A stretch of 62,950 nt of DNA, the filler included, from Sphacelaria rigidula (taxonomy: Eukaryota), in the NCBI GenBank assembly GCA_964200075.2. It is 9 parts of 9 records of this genome, joined end to end, with 100 filler letters (N's around TTAATTAATTAA, not from the genome) between each part and the next. Parts side by side here need not be neighbours in the genome. Positions count along the whole stretch, not along the records: positions 35,031 to 41,936 come from CAXNAA020017486.1; positions 42,037 to 48,941 come from CAXNAA020017487.1; positions 49,042 to 55,946 come from CAXNAA020017488.1; 6 more parts are not named here. The stretch is one strand, 5' to 3'. The position numbers and the translations under genes were made by a program. Position 1 is the stretch's first letter; every line of letters starts with the position of its first letter. Positions 37,944 through 52,430 of the stretch are shown here, in pieces. The notes beneath the pieces were generated by a model. It saw only the letters and a program-made list of their open reading frames with translations, searched no databases and had not been told where the DNA came from.

Positions 37944-38367
37944 CAGGGATATACACGTTACACGCGTGACACATATGAAAAAATCTGAAAAACCCCCGTA
38001 AAATTGGGTCATTTAACACTACGTCAGGTTTGATTTATTGGACGGGACAAATGTAACGTAACGTGATGTAACGTGTGGGCCTTGAAGCAGTCTCTTGGGG
38101 TTTTCCACATGTAAAAAAAGGCTGTTTTTGTGAATTTGTAACTTGACACGTGACACGTTACAAATTTACGAAAACAAGCAGAGATTTCGTGACATTTGGA
38201 AAGTAAAATGCTACATTAGGGTTCATTCGAAGGACCACACCTTACACCACGTTACGTTACATCTGTCCCATCCAAAAAATCAAATATCACGTAGCGTTAA
38301 ATGACCCGAATTTACGTTTTCTCGAATGTGTCACGTCAAAATGTCAAGTGTAACGTGTAGACCTCTG
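37944..38367. mobile_element. hAT-like foldback MITE with ~145-bp arms
   Basis: CAGGGATATACACG...CGTGTAGACCTCTG ends. The 8-bp flanks AATTTTTC/AAAATTTC match 6/8. GTTAC/GTAAC motifs and a central hairpin at 38130-38170. Confidence 0.75.
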
Positions 38368-39949
38368 AAAATTTCAGCGTCCAACTCCTAATTTTACGCC
38401 GTGTGTTGCCTGAGTGAGAAAAATACCCACTGTTGGCTGGCCCAGTTCGTGATCAAGTGCCATTTTTTCAACTTTCACTGTCGTTGTGCAAAACAAAACA
38501 GTAATACTGTAAGCTTCGCCATCTTTCCAACCGATGTGTACAGGGGGGTATGATATATTTTGCATTATCTTTGTAATACTCGTACGGTACGGTCCTACCT
38601 CTCCCAAGGAGACCTACAGTCAGTACGGTAGACTACTAGCAGAACAGGCTGCACTGGTCAACACTCAAGACGCGAATAAGCGGCCTACTGGACGATACTC
38701 TCAACATGAACTTACAATACACTGAAGGAGCAAAGGCGTTAACTCTCGGTTGTTGATTGGTACACTATCTATACCGATTGTACAGTAGTATAATGTATTG
38801 GCTCGATCTACAAAGCAGAAGTCACGATAGATTGGGAGATCCAATTTGAGTTCCGCGTCTTTTCCACTTTTGGCCACCTATTCGATCGACGCACTCCCGA
38901 CTATTACCTTCAACGCAGACCAGATCAAGTGCCTTATTATGTGTAGAACACACGCATTGATACACACGTTTCTCAAGTAAGTCACGGAGTGACGGGATAT
39001 AACACCCCCTTTATGGAGACGATATTTTGGCAACCTCGATTATTTCGGGTACCAAGGCCCTGAACTACCCAGATATCCTGCAGATCGAAACACTCCTGCC
39101 GCATCCTACGAAAAAAATGACTCTTGGTGTTGTCGCTATCGTAGCGGTATCGCAGTGCACTGAGGAAACAAGCTACTGTTTTCTGTACAGACTGGTGCTA
39201 TGGACACGTTTCAGCATGACAACAACAGACAGTAGTTGATTACAGTCAGTAGTTATGATAACCAACACTTGACACCGCAGCACACACCGAACGATACGAT
39301 TGTATATTGCATAACTTGCTACACAGAAGAAAAAATCGAGAAAATGTCATGCGATCTTATGTACGGCTAGTGCCTAGGACCAACCTGCATATAAGGAAAG
39401 ACAGAGTCCCACCAGCGCTACTGCTTCAAGCCGCCTGTCATCCATCGTCTCCTATCTTTGATAACTGATGATCGAGGTGGATCATGAATATTGTAAATGA
39501 GGGGTAGGTGCGAAATGAAGGAGGGGGGGAGGTGGAGAAAAGAGGGTACATGCAAATTATATAGGTTGTTGCCGCATGCACATAGAAAAGCACCCGTTGG
39601 ACCTTGGGCTTACGACAGGGTGTAACCCAGGAGACAGGTGGGTCGATGTCGTGCACTCTGAGGATTGGGTGTGGTAGCTCATTCGATGGAGAACTTATGC
39701 AGGCGTGTCTTTTCATTCAGGCTGTGTGTGGTTTTGGTTGGAGGCTACTGGAGGCAACAACAACGAAGAAACGGTCGGTCTCTTTATTTAGTATTTGGAC
39801 ACCAGTGTGCAAGACCTACCTGTACCGTACTGTCCAGTTTGATACGCAACGAACGCCCAGCACAGGAGCCGTTGAAGCTGGATGAAAGCGAATCTATTGC
39901 TGTCGGGGGCACTGGCGGTGCAAGCGCAGATGCTCTCGATTGCGAAGCT

Positions 39950-40120
39950 CTGCACGTTGATGACCTTTGTTTCACGTGTTGCTTGGGTTGGTGAGCGGGC
40001 TCTTCGCCGCAAAAAAATATTCTGTTGTTATATCCGTGGGTCGAAAGGTGATGCGGTCAGTGAGACATGATTCGTTGTCACAGCAGCCAAAATGCCGGGA
40101 AGCAAGCACGCACTTTTTGA
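39950..40120 (-). pseudogene. Possible hAT C-terminal dimerisation-domain remnant
   Basis: Frameshifted FPAFWLL*QRIMS... plus TTEYFFAAKSPLTNPSNT* resembles FP-L-x2-LA...ERxFS-x-K-x2-LT-x2-RN-x-L. Confidence 0.3.
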
Positions 40121-41856
40121 GCACGAGTATGGCATTGGCATGTGGTGTACCTCCTTTATATAGTGTGTGCCTTACCCACGTCATCCCCAGCACGTTTTGC
40201 GCGCTCACAAAGCTACGAAACCTGAGTGTGAGCTCGGTGTATCTCTGCAGCAGCATTCAGCACAATCTGTACTGCAAGCACAAGCACTACAGCCCAGTCC
40301 GGATTGTGGAATAGTGAGTAGTGGCCACAGTACTATCCTAAATACCATAACCTTACCATACTGTAACTTTGTAAGAAGTCAAGCCGCAACCACATGTCAT
40401 GTTGAGGATACTACTACTGTACTGTTGGTCGAAGTACGTTCGTCAAGGCAGCGCTGCAACAAGGAGCAACGCAGACGCACGGGATGCGTGTTTTTCTATC
40501 TGTTGCACAGGCGGGTCTGTGATATCTACATATTGAGGTGGAACCGCAGGCCCTTCTCTGTTGTTGACGGTGCAGCCGGAGCTTCACCGACCCCGATGAC
40601 TTCTTCCTTTTTGTATCGCTTGTCCTCAGTCGTGTACCACTCTGGTTCAACAGTACTCTAAAATGAAGTGAAGGAAAAATGAGCATGCGGAATGCGCAGT
40701 TTCATCTGTGTCCAGTAGTACATTGCTGTACATTACTGCAGCCACAACGGCCCAGTGGGCCACACTCAGTGACGTACAGGGGGCAACAGGCGCGACAATG
40801 CGTGGCGTGTTGCATCTTGATGGAGACGATTGAGATGTGGAGATTACACCGATCATTGACGTAACTCTGTTGTCGTCAAAAACATGGCTGCTCATTTTGT
40901 CCCTCCTCACACACACTTTTGAAGTCTCGAAGATCGTCGTTGCGGGATATACTTCCGATGTCTGCTAGCAGTACCTCCCCTTTTCCTTTGCTTCCAACTC
41001 TGTTCAATTTTGGGGGTGCACCTTTTGCGTCCTATTGCACCAACAAAATCGTGACGATATCGAGCGTACCATAGGTTACCTACTTACTGTATGTGGACTG
41101 TACTCGTACACACCAGCTTCGGGCACAGGGGCTTCTTTCGGAACAATTTTACCGGCTGCCTGTCAACACCTGTCACCAGGAAGCTGTAGCTGGGAAGACC
41201 CAGTCTTTGTGCGAGTACCACCCCCAAACCCCCAACGACATGACGTGTATGACTTTGGTGCCAAGCCCCTAACCCCCCGATATCGACGTGTGCCTTATGA
41301 CAAATCAGTTACCCCTTGAACGCCGGGCTACCTCCCCCCGGCTGTCTACGAATAGTGCGTGCGCTGCCGTGCAGCCGATCAACAGGGTTTTGGAGTAAAA
41401 ATGATGTCAATCCTGACTTGGGGCCGTGAACCATGTGTGACTCGGCATCATTTGCATTCATATTTCAAGTGAAGGTGGTGCCGGTTCACAAATGGACCAC
41501 CGCTCGCCGCCTTAGATCGTGATGGTAATCCGTCTGGATCATGCGTTATTTTTTCAAGTGAAATTGGAGCCGATTCAATAGATGACCTACTCTCGCCATC
41601 GGAAGGTTTTCCCGTTGACCACAAGGGTCGTTCATCTGTTGAGTCGACGTTACTTTCACTTGAAAAGTTAGTGCGCGACCCTGATGACCTACCCTCGGAG
41701 AAGCGTTAGCCCTTTCACTCCCTGGGTAAGCAATATGTTGAATCAGCATGATTCACCTTATTACCTTTGAAAACTGGAGTTCCTGGAGGTCTAGTTCCCG
41801 AATGGTTGAGTGATGCCGATTCAACAGATCGGCTACCCTTGCAGTCAAAGAGCTGA

Positions 41857-41896
<40 letters not shown>

Positions 41897-43754
41897 CTCC
41901 CCCCTGCTGCCGCGGCCCCGCCCCCCGCCCCCCCGCNNNNNNNNNNNNNNNNNNNNNNNNNNNNNNNNNNNNNNNNNNNNTTAATTAATTAANNNNNNNN
42001 NNNNNNNNNNNNNNNNNNNNNNNNNNNNNNNNNNNNGTGGTATCGCCACTTCCAGAGACAGCTACGGCTTTTACACTGCCTCATGGGTGTCTAACCTGAT
42101 GGAGGGGGGGGGGGGAAGTTTGCGAGCCCAGCATCGGTCTTCCCATGATTGGCCTGCTTCGTTTCGGATTCCCTTAATTTCCGTGACTTCCATTCTTCTC
42201 TCTTCTTCTCTTCTCTCTCCCCTCTCTTCTTCTCTCTCTGCTCTTTTTTTCTTCTTTTTCCTATCGTTTAGTCCAGTCTAGTTTACATGTTTCACTCTGT
42301 TCAGGTTTGTCTTCGGGTATACTGAAGTCCCCAGAATTTTCCGCTGTCGGCGCTCGGAATTGTTATACTCTAGCAGTGTTTGTGCCTTTGCTCCTCCTGT
42401 CTCAGGCCCGCAGGAGGGAGAGAGTTCATGCCCAAATCGTGTACTTCCGTGAGAGCTGAGCCGCAACCTTTAGTACCTCCACGACATTTTTCGTTTGTTT
42501 CGTAGGGTTTCTTTATATTCCATATTTTTGAGTGAGTATGTGCCAGGGGTCGGCTATTTCTCGTTCAACCCTTTTGGTACTGGCAACGGAAACGTGTGTA
42601 TTTCAAAGTGCTGTTTTTTAACGACACATGGCTGAGTATTTCCAGCTTTCACCCAAAACTAGTAGCCCGTGCCGTATTTCTCAGACCCGTAAAACACGTT
42701 GTGTCCCAGTGCCGCACAGGACTCGGTATATAGAAAATAGACAGGCGGTGCCGATTTTTGTTTGTAAAAACTTCACGCACGCAAGTGCTTATTTTTGTTT
42801 GTACAAACTTGAGCAAACTTGACCTATTGCGTCCCTCATTGGACAAAATTATTCCGACCGCACGGCGGTGAAATTTTTGGCGAGCGCATGACGTACGCTG
42901 GTGGATTCTCCTGTGGCCTTCCGCCGTAAAAATGGTTGCCGTCGATATTTTCTGTTCCCATGTTTTCTTCTTTGTCAGGGCTTGTCTGGCCCGGGGACGG
43001 AAGGCGAGAGTTCCTAAAAGGTGAACGGGACCGCTTTTTTTGCTCCTTTCCCTCCTCCTCCCCCCTCCCTCCGTCGCATGCCTACGAAGGAGTAAATGAT
43101 TCAACGACTAAGGCAGGCAACAAATGAGCACGCCCCCTCCCTCCCTCCCCCTATTTCCGTTCAGTAGACCCCGTTTGCTTCATACCCGTCTCTTTTCCTC
43201 GTGCTCTTTTGCCGAATTTCTTTGTTTTCCGTTTTGTATACCTTGGGAGACGTCTACGTTGCGGATAATGACCACGCACGGATGCCTTGGGGAACACTTA
43301 GAATGGAACAATCAATACCGCTCATGATCGGTATTCATCAAGACGGGATAGGTACCTGTAGGGCTTTATATGTGGATGCGTGATGAGGCTTCATGGAAAG
43401 AACAGTCATGCGTGTCATCGTCTTTTGACGAGACGCCGAATTATCTCCACAATAATATCATGTGACGGCTGTGGTTTTGTCATGGAACGCTACTTATGTA
43501 TAATGCAGGACAATGGCCTCTCATGGAACACCGATGGCAGATTACGATGCACACACGCGATGGACAAGGGGCATCACAATGGGCCATGCAATCCTCGTTG
43601 GTGCCCGTCATCATCATCAGTATCTCTGCTTGCATGGCGTGTATCCATCTGTATCTGCTTGGACACTGATGAACCATCGTTGGACGAATGTGTCCCAGAA
43701 GCTTTTGTTAAAGCGCCTAAAAGCGTGTGATCGCAACCAACCTCTGAGTTTATA

Positions 43755-44480
43755 AGGGTGTACTCATGATTTTGCATGTTGCAGTCAAGAAACTTTTGAC
43801 CTCGCATCCCTGCAAAGCCGGGACGGATTTCACCGGGTTTTTTCTGGACCATGCTCGCAATCAATCACAGCATGCCCTGCGTCCTGCTTGGATTGTTCGG
43901 CTCGAAGCTTACTAATCATCTCTCATATGGGCGATGACCCCCTATTGGTTGCTTCATTGACTTGCCTGGATTTCTGGTATTGCCACTTCCAGTGACAGCT
44001 ACGGGTTGCACGCTGCCTCATGGGTGTCTCACCATAGTATTCATAGTGAGGCATCAATTCGTACCAGAATCCTACACAGCTGTCAATTGGTTCAAGCCAT
44101 CAGTTTGTATGGTTGTGAAATATCTAAACCACTTGCAGCTACCAGTAGAAGCTGGATAACTGTCGGTGAAGCCACCCCACGACTCCGGCAACGTGTCCAC
44201 TTCGAGTATTCACTTCATTCAGCATGTCCACATCGCTGCCGTAGTGTTTCAGTGTCTGAGCTGTTTACACTGTGACATTGTGTGCAATATTTTTTTCGAC
44301 GAGCGCTGTTGGCTTCGTCAGCGCCTCTCAAGGTGGTTGGAGTATGGAGATATATCAGAAATATCGATTGGATCATGAGCATATCGTGCAAACAATGGGT
44401 TGTGTAGTGTGGGACGTGTATCCAAGAAAATAGCGGGTTAACTGGAAGTGAAACCTGTTAGCTATCCGGTCACAGCGGTA
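43755..44480 (-). pseudogene. Possible piggyBac-like transposase C-terminal remnant
   Basis: LKHYGSDVDMLNEVN resembles YNxxMGGVDxxD and is followed by a Cys-containing tail (RRACCD...QGCEV...TCKIM). Many stops and frameshifts. Confidence 0.35.
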
Positions 44481-44536
44481 AACTGACACTGGCCGTGTGA
44501 TTTGGCAAACGGTTCATTTTTCTAGAACTCTAGGGT

Positions 44537-44538
<2 letters not shown>

Positions 44539-44576
<38 letters not shown>
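44539..44576. repeat. (TG)n microsatellite
   Basis: About 19 TG units. Confidence 0.95.
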
Positions 44577-44578
<2 letters not shown>

Positions 44579-47500
44579 GATTCATATCAGAGGGCGCAGG
44601 TAACACGAAGCTTGTGTTGAGAGTGTTCTTCGGGATTGTCGAGTAACGACGGTGATATCATACATCGAACAAAACGTAACACGAAAATGGGAACCATAGT
44701 ATTAGTGGACATCACAATCGAATCCCGCCGGGATCGCCACGTTTTCTCAGCTCAAAAACTGAACCCGATTGAAAGCTCCCGTTCGAGCGACGAACCGAAA
44801 AGGGCCACTGTTGTTGTAACACGCACGTTATCCTCTGGACTCCCATACTACGACGCGTGTGACACTTTTTGAAAGAGGTCGACACACCTCGTACCCGTAC
44901 GTTTATGATGTGATAGAGCCAGCATGTTACTATGCTCGCGTTGTGCAACACGTGCTTACTCTCATTGCTCTAGCATCGCAATATATATATATATATATAT
45001 GTGTGTGTGGGTATATAGACGTACCTCCCAAGACTAAATGCCCCGACACAATAGCCCAGGGTAACGTTGTTCCCACCGAAATGCTCGATACGCGGCCACA
45101 TCGTGGAGAAGAAGATGCTCCTCGCGGTGTCAATCAAAAGCACGTTAAACATCACCACCGCTAGCGAAGCCTTGTCGTCAAGGGTGCGCTCCACCTGAGC
45201 AACAGGATGGTACGATAGGTCAGGGTGTATCGTGAAAATCGCAGACGTGTGAGTACATGGTGAGACACGGCGAATACCTTGTAGACGGCAATCCAAGGGC
45301 GATGGCATCGCCACATAAGGCGCCTATATTTACGAGCATGAAAGGCCTAGATGAGCAAGTTGACTTACAGACGCGGATCAAATTACAGGCACCGAGGAGC
45401 ATCTTCTGGGAGACCGTGATGCGGCATCTGACCTCGGGTCGAAAATAGACGGCATAGAAATTTGAAGTGTAGTTGGGATCCTAAATTCAGTAGGATATGG
45501 AAAGGTTAAGACTGCTGCATGTATGGACTTTAGGTCAGAGCCGATGCGTTTGTCTCACGTTGCAGGAAGCACACTGGGGTTAAAAAAACTGTAAAAAATC
45601 AAAATGGTCACAGGAAACACCCGTTTTCGAAATCGCTGTGGCTGAGAAGGAGGGTCAAGATATTGAACCAGATGCACGATGGCGGTAACGAGAAAGTGTC
45701 AGCCACGAAGCTATGCTCATATCAATCTCCACAGTAAGATTCCGACCCTCACCCGAATGGAGAAATCCGAAAAAAACACCACTTCTCGGGGAAAGTAGGA
45801 AAAGTCCGGGAACATTTCCGATAATGATACTATCAAAATACGACGGTAAGAACAAGTCGGCACAGTCTACTTGCACGCTACTAGCGTCTCTGTATAGTGT
45901 TCCACGAACACAATACTAACCCCAACCCAACACACAGGGTGGAGCGATGCTGGCAACTCAAAACGGGTCAGGCAAACGGCCAAGACTACGAGCAAAGTGA
46001 AACATACTTTTTTTGCCCATACTTCTATAGTTGAGTGGCCGTTACCCAAAATGATCAAACACGGCGTCGCCGCGGGGTATCCTACCTGTAGTCCATTTGT
46101 GGGGCAACAAAATTATCTTCTTGACCAATTGCAATGATCAAAACGGCACTTTGTTCCTGCCAGTAGCTACCTCTCGGACCTCGTTCTTGGCTTAGACCTT
46201 GCCGCGAGAAGCTCCCAAAACCACATGCTTAACTTCGTGAGCTTTCGCGTGGTCTCTTGAACAGGGACCACAGCAGGGCTCATGCATTGGTCATCAGAAC
46301 GGTTGCTTACTTGACTTCAGAATCAGCACCTGAATTCGGATCTTCACAGCGGCGCTGACAGTCTCAAGTGCTCTAGCTTGCCCAGAACGTTGTAATGCGT
46401 GAGAGGACCGCGTGCTTAGACGACCGCATCAGAATTTGAACACCCCAATGGTTAGAGTTGGGGTTAGTTATAATAGATGGCGGAGAATGCTCTGTCAACC
46501 GCTTGCACGACCATTGCACGAGCACGACCCAACAGACATCCCCGCTCCCTCTCAAAAATCGCCGTATGTCTATGGACTGTCAGCCGGCGGCACTGCTCCG
46601 GGGCGGAGCTCGTGGTCAAAGGATTGGCGGCATAAGGATCATTTGTTAACAAAAACGTCCGTAACTCATGAAGAAAAATCGTCCATGTGCCCCACATGCG
46701 CCAGGTGATTATTCTTCTTTGCCCTTGCGATACTCCGTATACCATGGTTCAGAGCACACCTCTGACAACGGGACAGAGAAATTAACATGAAGTGCATGTA
46801 GTAGTGCCTCTTCTCTTGATACCTCAAATTTGGTACGGAATCTCATACAACCTCGGACTACATTGTCAGAACCGTGTAACGCGTACGGTATCGACTATTG
46901 CGTCTAGTGTAGTAGTCAATCGATTTCAAACTGTACGATGCAGCAAACTTTCTGACGATCGATGTGATATATTGTTCAGCGTGTGGATACTAAGCGCACT
47001 ATATATTTCGGTGATTGGTAACGAATCAGATAAAAGTGAGGATATGAACGCTTCTTTCCCGACCCTAAGGAATGGATTGCTTGATCACTCGATTGGTTGT
47101 CGCACATTGATTATTATCCACAACATCGGCGTGCCCAGGATAATAAAAAAAAAGAAGACAATAATGTCGTTTGCTGACTGAAGAAAAGGATACGTATGGA
47201 GAAACAAAAGGATGGGACAACCAAATGAAGTTAATAACTGAAAAACAAAGAGCGAAACAAACCCGCAAGCAGGGGAGGAAAGATTCATGCCGTGCGGGGG
47301 AGCTTGCACACCTGGGTACAGATGTTCCTCGAAGGGCTCCCAGAGTCAAGAGCTACAAAATAATTTGGGTCAGGGCGTTCATGTTTCTACAATCCGTGCG
47401 ACGTACCCCTGGCTCATCGGAATGCCAAGCGCGGCGTGCTGCTCTGATGTAAAAAAGTAATGACTCATTTTTTGGATGAGATGAGGGACACACGCGGCCA

Positions 47501-47664
47501 GTCGTCCAACTCCAAAAATACCCCGTTCCGGTCAACGTTTCGAGTCTCGAGAGGAATTAAACGCCTCCAGAGGGTGCGCGGCCCTCCAGGGGCGTGGGAT
47601 CAAATGCCTTATGCGGTATGCGGCAGAACAGACATTTAGTACTGTCTAGTGACAGACCCTTCTA

Positions 47665-48385
47665 CAGAATGAGGTTGTACGATGAAATGAGGTTTCAGCC
47701 CAAAACAGTGCTTCCCCCACACTTTCAGCGATGGTGCACACACGGCCATTCGGCTACCCCTTTGAAATACTCTATCGCGATTTTCCTCCTCTCGAGGGTA
47801 ACGTGACTCTCCCGAGGATGAGAATACCCTCTAGAGGATATTTCACACTCGGTTCCGGTCATAAAACGAATCCTCTGGAGAGCATCTGATGCTCCAGTGA
47901 CTTTTGAGGTCTGATTCCCTCCAGAGTGCCGAAAATGTGGTCCTCTGGAGCACGTGGTTTTCGTGGACGTCCCTTAGAGGTAAATATCAACAGCAGAGGG
48001 AAATATGAGCATCATTCCTCTGGAGGAGGGACCGCCTATGGCCTCTAAGGCAATTGTTGTGACTCCGGAAGAGATAGCCGTGCAGTATCCTCCAGCGTGT
48101 ATATATACACTGGTGCACTTGTGTCCTAACTGCTTCCAGGGCACCTTCAGGACCATCACGCCAGATTTAATACGACCACAATAACCCTGTAGCAAAGAGC
48201 ACGAGTTGGGTGCGGAGATATATATACACACTGCAGTAGTTGGGTATGACGCATGTCTTGTCGGTGGAACTCGAAACTTGAGCATCTTCCATGGTCGCGG
48301 TATCGCGCGGTGCCGGAACCGTGCGCGGGGTAGGGTGCGGGCAATAACCGGCGGTTTTCTGCATAAATATACCCATCGACAGTGG
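47665..48385 (+). repeat. Repeat joining the 23793-type terminal arm to the CCTCTGGAG-motif repeat
   Basis: 47665-47737 matches 23810-23878, and 47890-48385 matches 24212-24712. Confidence 0.8.
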
Positions 48386-50379
48386 GCAGGCAGACAAAGC
48401 TGCGCACACTGTTAAATTCCTTTTCAAGTCGCACTGTACGCAGAAAACATACATATAGTCCTACGCTGTCTGTACTGTACTTTGCCCGCGTCCCCTTTAC
48501 GTTCGACTGACTGCAGCGGGGGGCATGTGAGCATGCTGCAAGAACGGGCGGCGTGATGTATACTCAGTAGCTGACGGTATACAGTATAGCACCCCCATGC
48601 ACCAAACGTTACAGGCATCCACTTTGTTTAGCCATACGTGGCGCATGTGCCACGCTAACTCTGCAATATATTGCTCTGTACGTATATAAGCACGATATGG
48701 TACTGTCCTGCACGGTATTGTACAGTTCAGTACAGCACCATACCATGCTTATTGTTGTGAACGTTATATCGTCATCGACGTACAGATTATTTTTTCATTT
48801 TCCTCACACTTTGAACCCCTCCCTTTCCTCGGGGCGAGTCCGTGGTCTCAAGCGATCAACCCATCTCTCCCCCGGTACGCGCCTTATATTTTGGTCTCGC
48901 GGATTGGGTCAGCACCCCCGCACCGCGTCAACTCACGTCACNNNNNNNNNNNNNNNNNNNNNNNNNNNNNNNNNNNNNNNNNNNNTTAATTAATTAANNN
49001 NNNNNNNNNNNNNNNNNNNNNNNNNNNNNNNNNNNNNNNNNCAATCAAAAGCACCATCCTCAACATAGATGATTGGCTGTTAACAGCTTTTGAGAACGCA
49101 AAGGCGGCGTCGGAGGTGAAGTTGGCTGCGTTGTTCTACCTTTTGTTCTTCAAGTAGTCCCAAAGCACTTGCATGCAGGGAAAAAGTAATCAGCGTTCCA
49201 GACTGGGCGTTAGCTCCGTAGGCCCGTTAAAAAAAAACTAAGCTCCGATTTTTTTGTTTTGCTTTCCCCCCCTTGTTTTATGCCCCATTTGATGTTTTTT
49301 TCAGCGAAAATATGCGTACTGTATGCTCCCCCTTCGCGTCCTTGTCGTGGCGTTTGTGGCAGTGGCCCCTCACGAGGCGCGCCTTTTAGCACGAGGAGAA
49401 GACGACAATTTGGGTATTCGAAGTTTTGAAAAAATTCAATTGATAATTAGGATTTTTCTCCGATCATTGAGTTTGAACGCCACCCCGAACCACCTATCGA
49501 AACAACGTGTTTGTGGCAGTGGGTCATTGCAGCCTCTGGACACGAGGCATTGCAGCCTTTGGCCTCTCGCCCGGCAAGCTTTAAGCTACAAGCCATCGCC
49601 TCCGCCCCCCCCCATCATCTACTATCAGTCGACACTTGAAATCGTGTCAAACTTCCGGCTCCGACTGTACTTGAGCATAACCGCGGCTTCGATCCGGTCA
49701 CCTAACGCCCTCTCCTTGCGGGAATCCAAACACCCCCTCGAAACGGTAAAATCTGGAAAAAATGCCGTTCCTCTGGGCTTCACCACCTCTGGACCAAATG
49801 CTTGTTTGGCCAGAAAAGAAACTGCGGCCACCGGAAAACGCGAAGATGCCCTGGAACTGGAACCTCTCAATGAATGGATCAAGTCATCGCAAGGCGTCAA
49901 AATGCGCCTAGCTTGCTTTGAACGCGTAAAATGACGCAGAGGGACAAAAAAGGTAGTTTTGCACTTTTTTTTTGTTGGGCATAAGAAGCGGCCTAACAAA
50001 GTATTTATTATTATTCCCGCACATGTCTCACACCCGTGGTCACAGACGTGAGCCCGCCTTCCCAGTATCGACACTGCTATATCTTATTCCTTACGTGAAA
50101 TAGAGCGCCCGTTGCTTCTGAGATTCCGGAAAACAAAGCAAAATCACACAAAATATAACAAAAAGAGACGGGTTTCAGAAAAACAGGGGAGAAAAATCCT
50201 CCCCCCGATTTGGTCGGAGTGTGGTGAAAAGGAACGAATCAGATCTGCCAATGAAGGGAAAAAACGAAGAAGGAATTGGGAAAAAAGAGAAAAGAAAGTG
50301 CCAAAAGAGATATCAACGGAGAGTCACACAACATCCCTAGGTGCCCACAAAAAGAAACATCCAAGTGCTTGGGAAGACG

Positions 50380-52430
50380 GCAGGTACACTTCAATGGCGA
50401 GTGTACTAGGTGACGATCTACTCGTAACGTTTCGGCGGCCTTCGATAAGCATAGAGGGAATTCTAGTGGTATCACAGCAAATAATGGCCATCAATTTTCG
50501 AGTTGAGTTGGGTGAGTCGACTTTGAGTCGCCCCCCGGCTTCCACGACTCCTCTGAGACGTCGTCATTTTCCGAATTGCATCTAGAGATGGGAACGGCAC
50601 TTCCCCACCCCGCTGAATGCCGTATCGGTAATTATTGACGATGGCCTGAGAGTGTTGTCTGGCTAGCGCCAAAGCGATGGGTCCGGATGGTCTAGCTGCT
50701 GAACTCCGCAAGCTTGGGTTGGTCGGGGAGCCTTCGGAGACTTTGTACCACTTCCACAGCATCATCGCTGCGGTCTTGACATCTGGCGAGGTGCCGCAGG
50801 AGTGGAAAATACGCCATTTCAAAGTGCTACACAAGAAGAAGGATAGGACCGAGTGTGGCAACTACAGGGGTATCTCACTTGTGGCACATGCTGGTAACGC
50901 TCTCGTCAAAATCGTAGCCAACAGGCAGGGATCTTCCCGGAAGAACAGTGTGGCATCCGGCGCCAACGATCGCCCACCGACATGATGTTCGTGGTACACC
51001 GACTGCTGGAGTTGGGAAGGGCGAGCAATGTCCCACCAAACTTATACTTCATCCACCTGTAGAATGCCTACGATCCCATACGCCACACGCTCCTATGAGA
51101 AGTGATTGCCCGTTTCGGAGTCCCGCCGCGGATTATCAGGGCCGTGCGTATGTTTCACGATGGTATGCGAGCTCGACTACAGCGGGATGGTGGCGAACTA
51201 TTAGTGTGGTTCAACGTGTGCCAGAGACTCAGGCAAGGATGCGTTTCGTCCCCACAACCCTTCAACATCTCCGGCGTAGCTTTGGCCGATGTCGTCTCAC
51301 AGCGGTCCGCGGCATACCCAGCCATCGTCTCAGACTTGGTATATCTAGATGATGCGCTACAAGGTGACGATGGTGCACCCCTGGAAGAGACGCCGCTGGA
51401 CACGGTGCATTGCGTGGTGTGGGGTACGCTATATGCGGTATGGAACTGGCATAGTCTGAAAGTCCCCAGGCGGGCTTGCTAGAATGATGACCGCGGTCAT
51501 GGTAACCTGTCAGGAGTTGGAATTGACGGTATCGGAGAGTAACACAGAATCCACGTGCCTGTGGTCAGTACCCGGCTCCACAGAGATCGCTTTGTCTATC
51601 AACACCGCAGGTTAACGGTGTAAGCAGGCGGCCAACTTTGTCTTCCTTGGCAGTGCTGTCAGCGAGAATTCGAATATTTCCATCGAAAGCAGCGTCCGCA
51701 TCAGTGCTGCGTGGGCAGGTTCCCCAAAGTATGCTTCTCAACTTTACGATCGGCTCAACGCCCAGCTGCCTCTGAAAATGTGGCTGCTTGACGGAGAGGT
51801 GGTAGAAGATATGCTGTACGGATGCACTACATGGACTCTTCATCCCGAGGAGTTTGAGACTTTGTGCGCTCCCCACCCCAGCTTTTACTGTGAGCGGTTG
51901 GATTCCACAGGGAAGAGCGACCTGGCTACAATACTCTTCCGTACAGAAATATGCTCGAGGTGACTAACTGCTAACGTATGGAGCCGACCACCCTCAAAGT
52001 TGAACTCTGGTTTGCGGGGCTCCTTGTTCGGCAGGACGAACCATGTGTTTCAAAGCGAATCATGTTCGGACGGTCAGCCGCACGAGGGCCCACGGATGCT
52101 GGCCGCGCCTAAAACACTGGGGGGGGCCACGAGAACCTACGTGCACTAGGGGCTCTTCCACGCAAAGGAGCACGACAGAAATGGTTTTTCTGCGGTGTGG
52201 GGGTGAAAGGCGCATACGATTGGATCCTGCGGCGGAAAAGTGGGCAATCTTGGAGTCGAGAAAGGGGCGAAATACTGTAGCTCGAGGAAGTGTGGTGACG
52301 CAAAGACAAACGCCGATTGGACCTTCGCCACAAACGAGAGACTGCTGTATCAAGAGCGGCTAACCTGAGAGTCGCCACCATGACACAGCAACAGCAACAG
52401 CAACAACAATAGCTCGCCGGGAATACAGGG
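50380..52430 (+). pseudogene. RTE-clade LINE reverse transcriptase, decayed
   Basis: [18 protein letters not shown]...[30 protein letters not shown]...[17 protein letters not shown]...MFHDGM; LRQGCVSSP..FNI; LYGCTTWTL. Multiple frameshifts and stops. Confidence 0.92.

Noticed and set aside
41810..41936. Poly-proline ORF
   Set aside because: It is a low-quality poly-C run at a contig end.
45640..46750. Possible transposase or tyrosine-recombinase remnant
   Set aside because: Only vague resemblance, with no catalytic motif recoverable.
49323..50585. 150-200-aa ORFs upstream of the LINE RT as ORF1 or endonuclease
   Set aside because: They overlap dispersed non-coding repeats and show no APE or ORF1 motifs.
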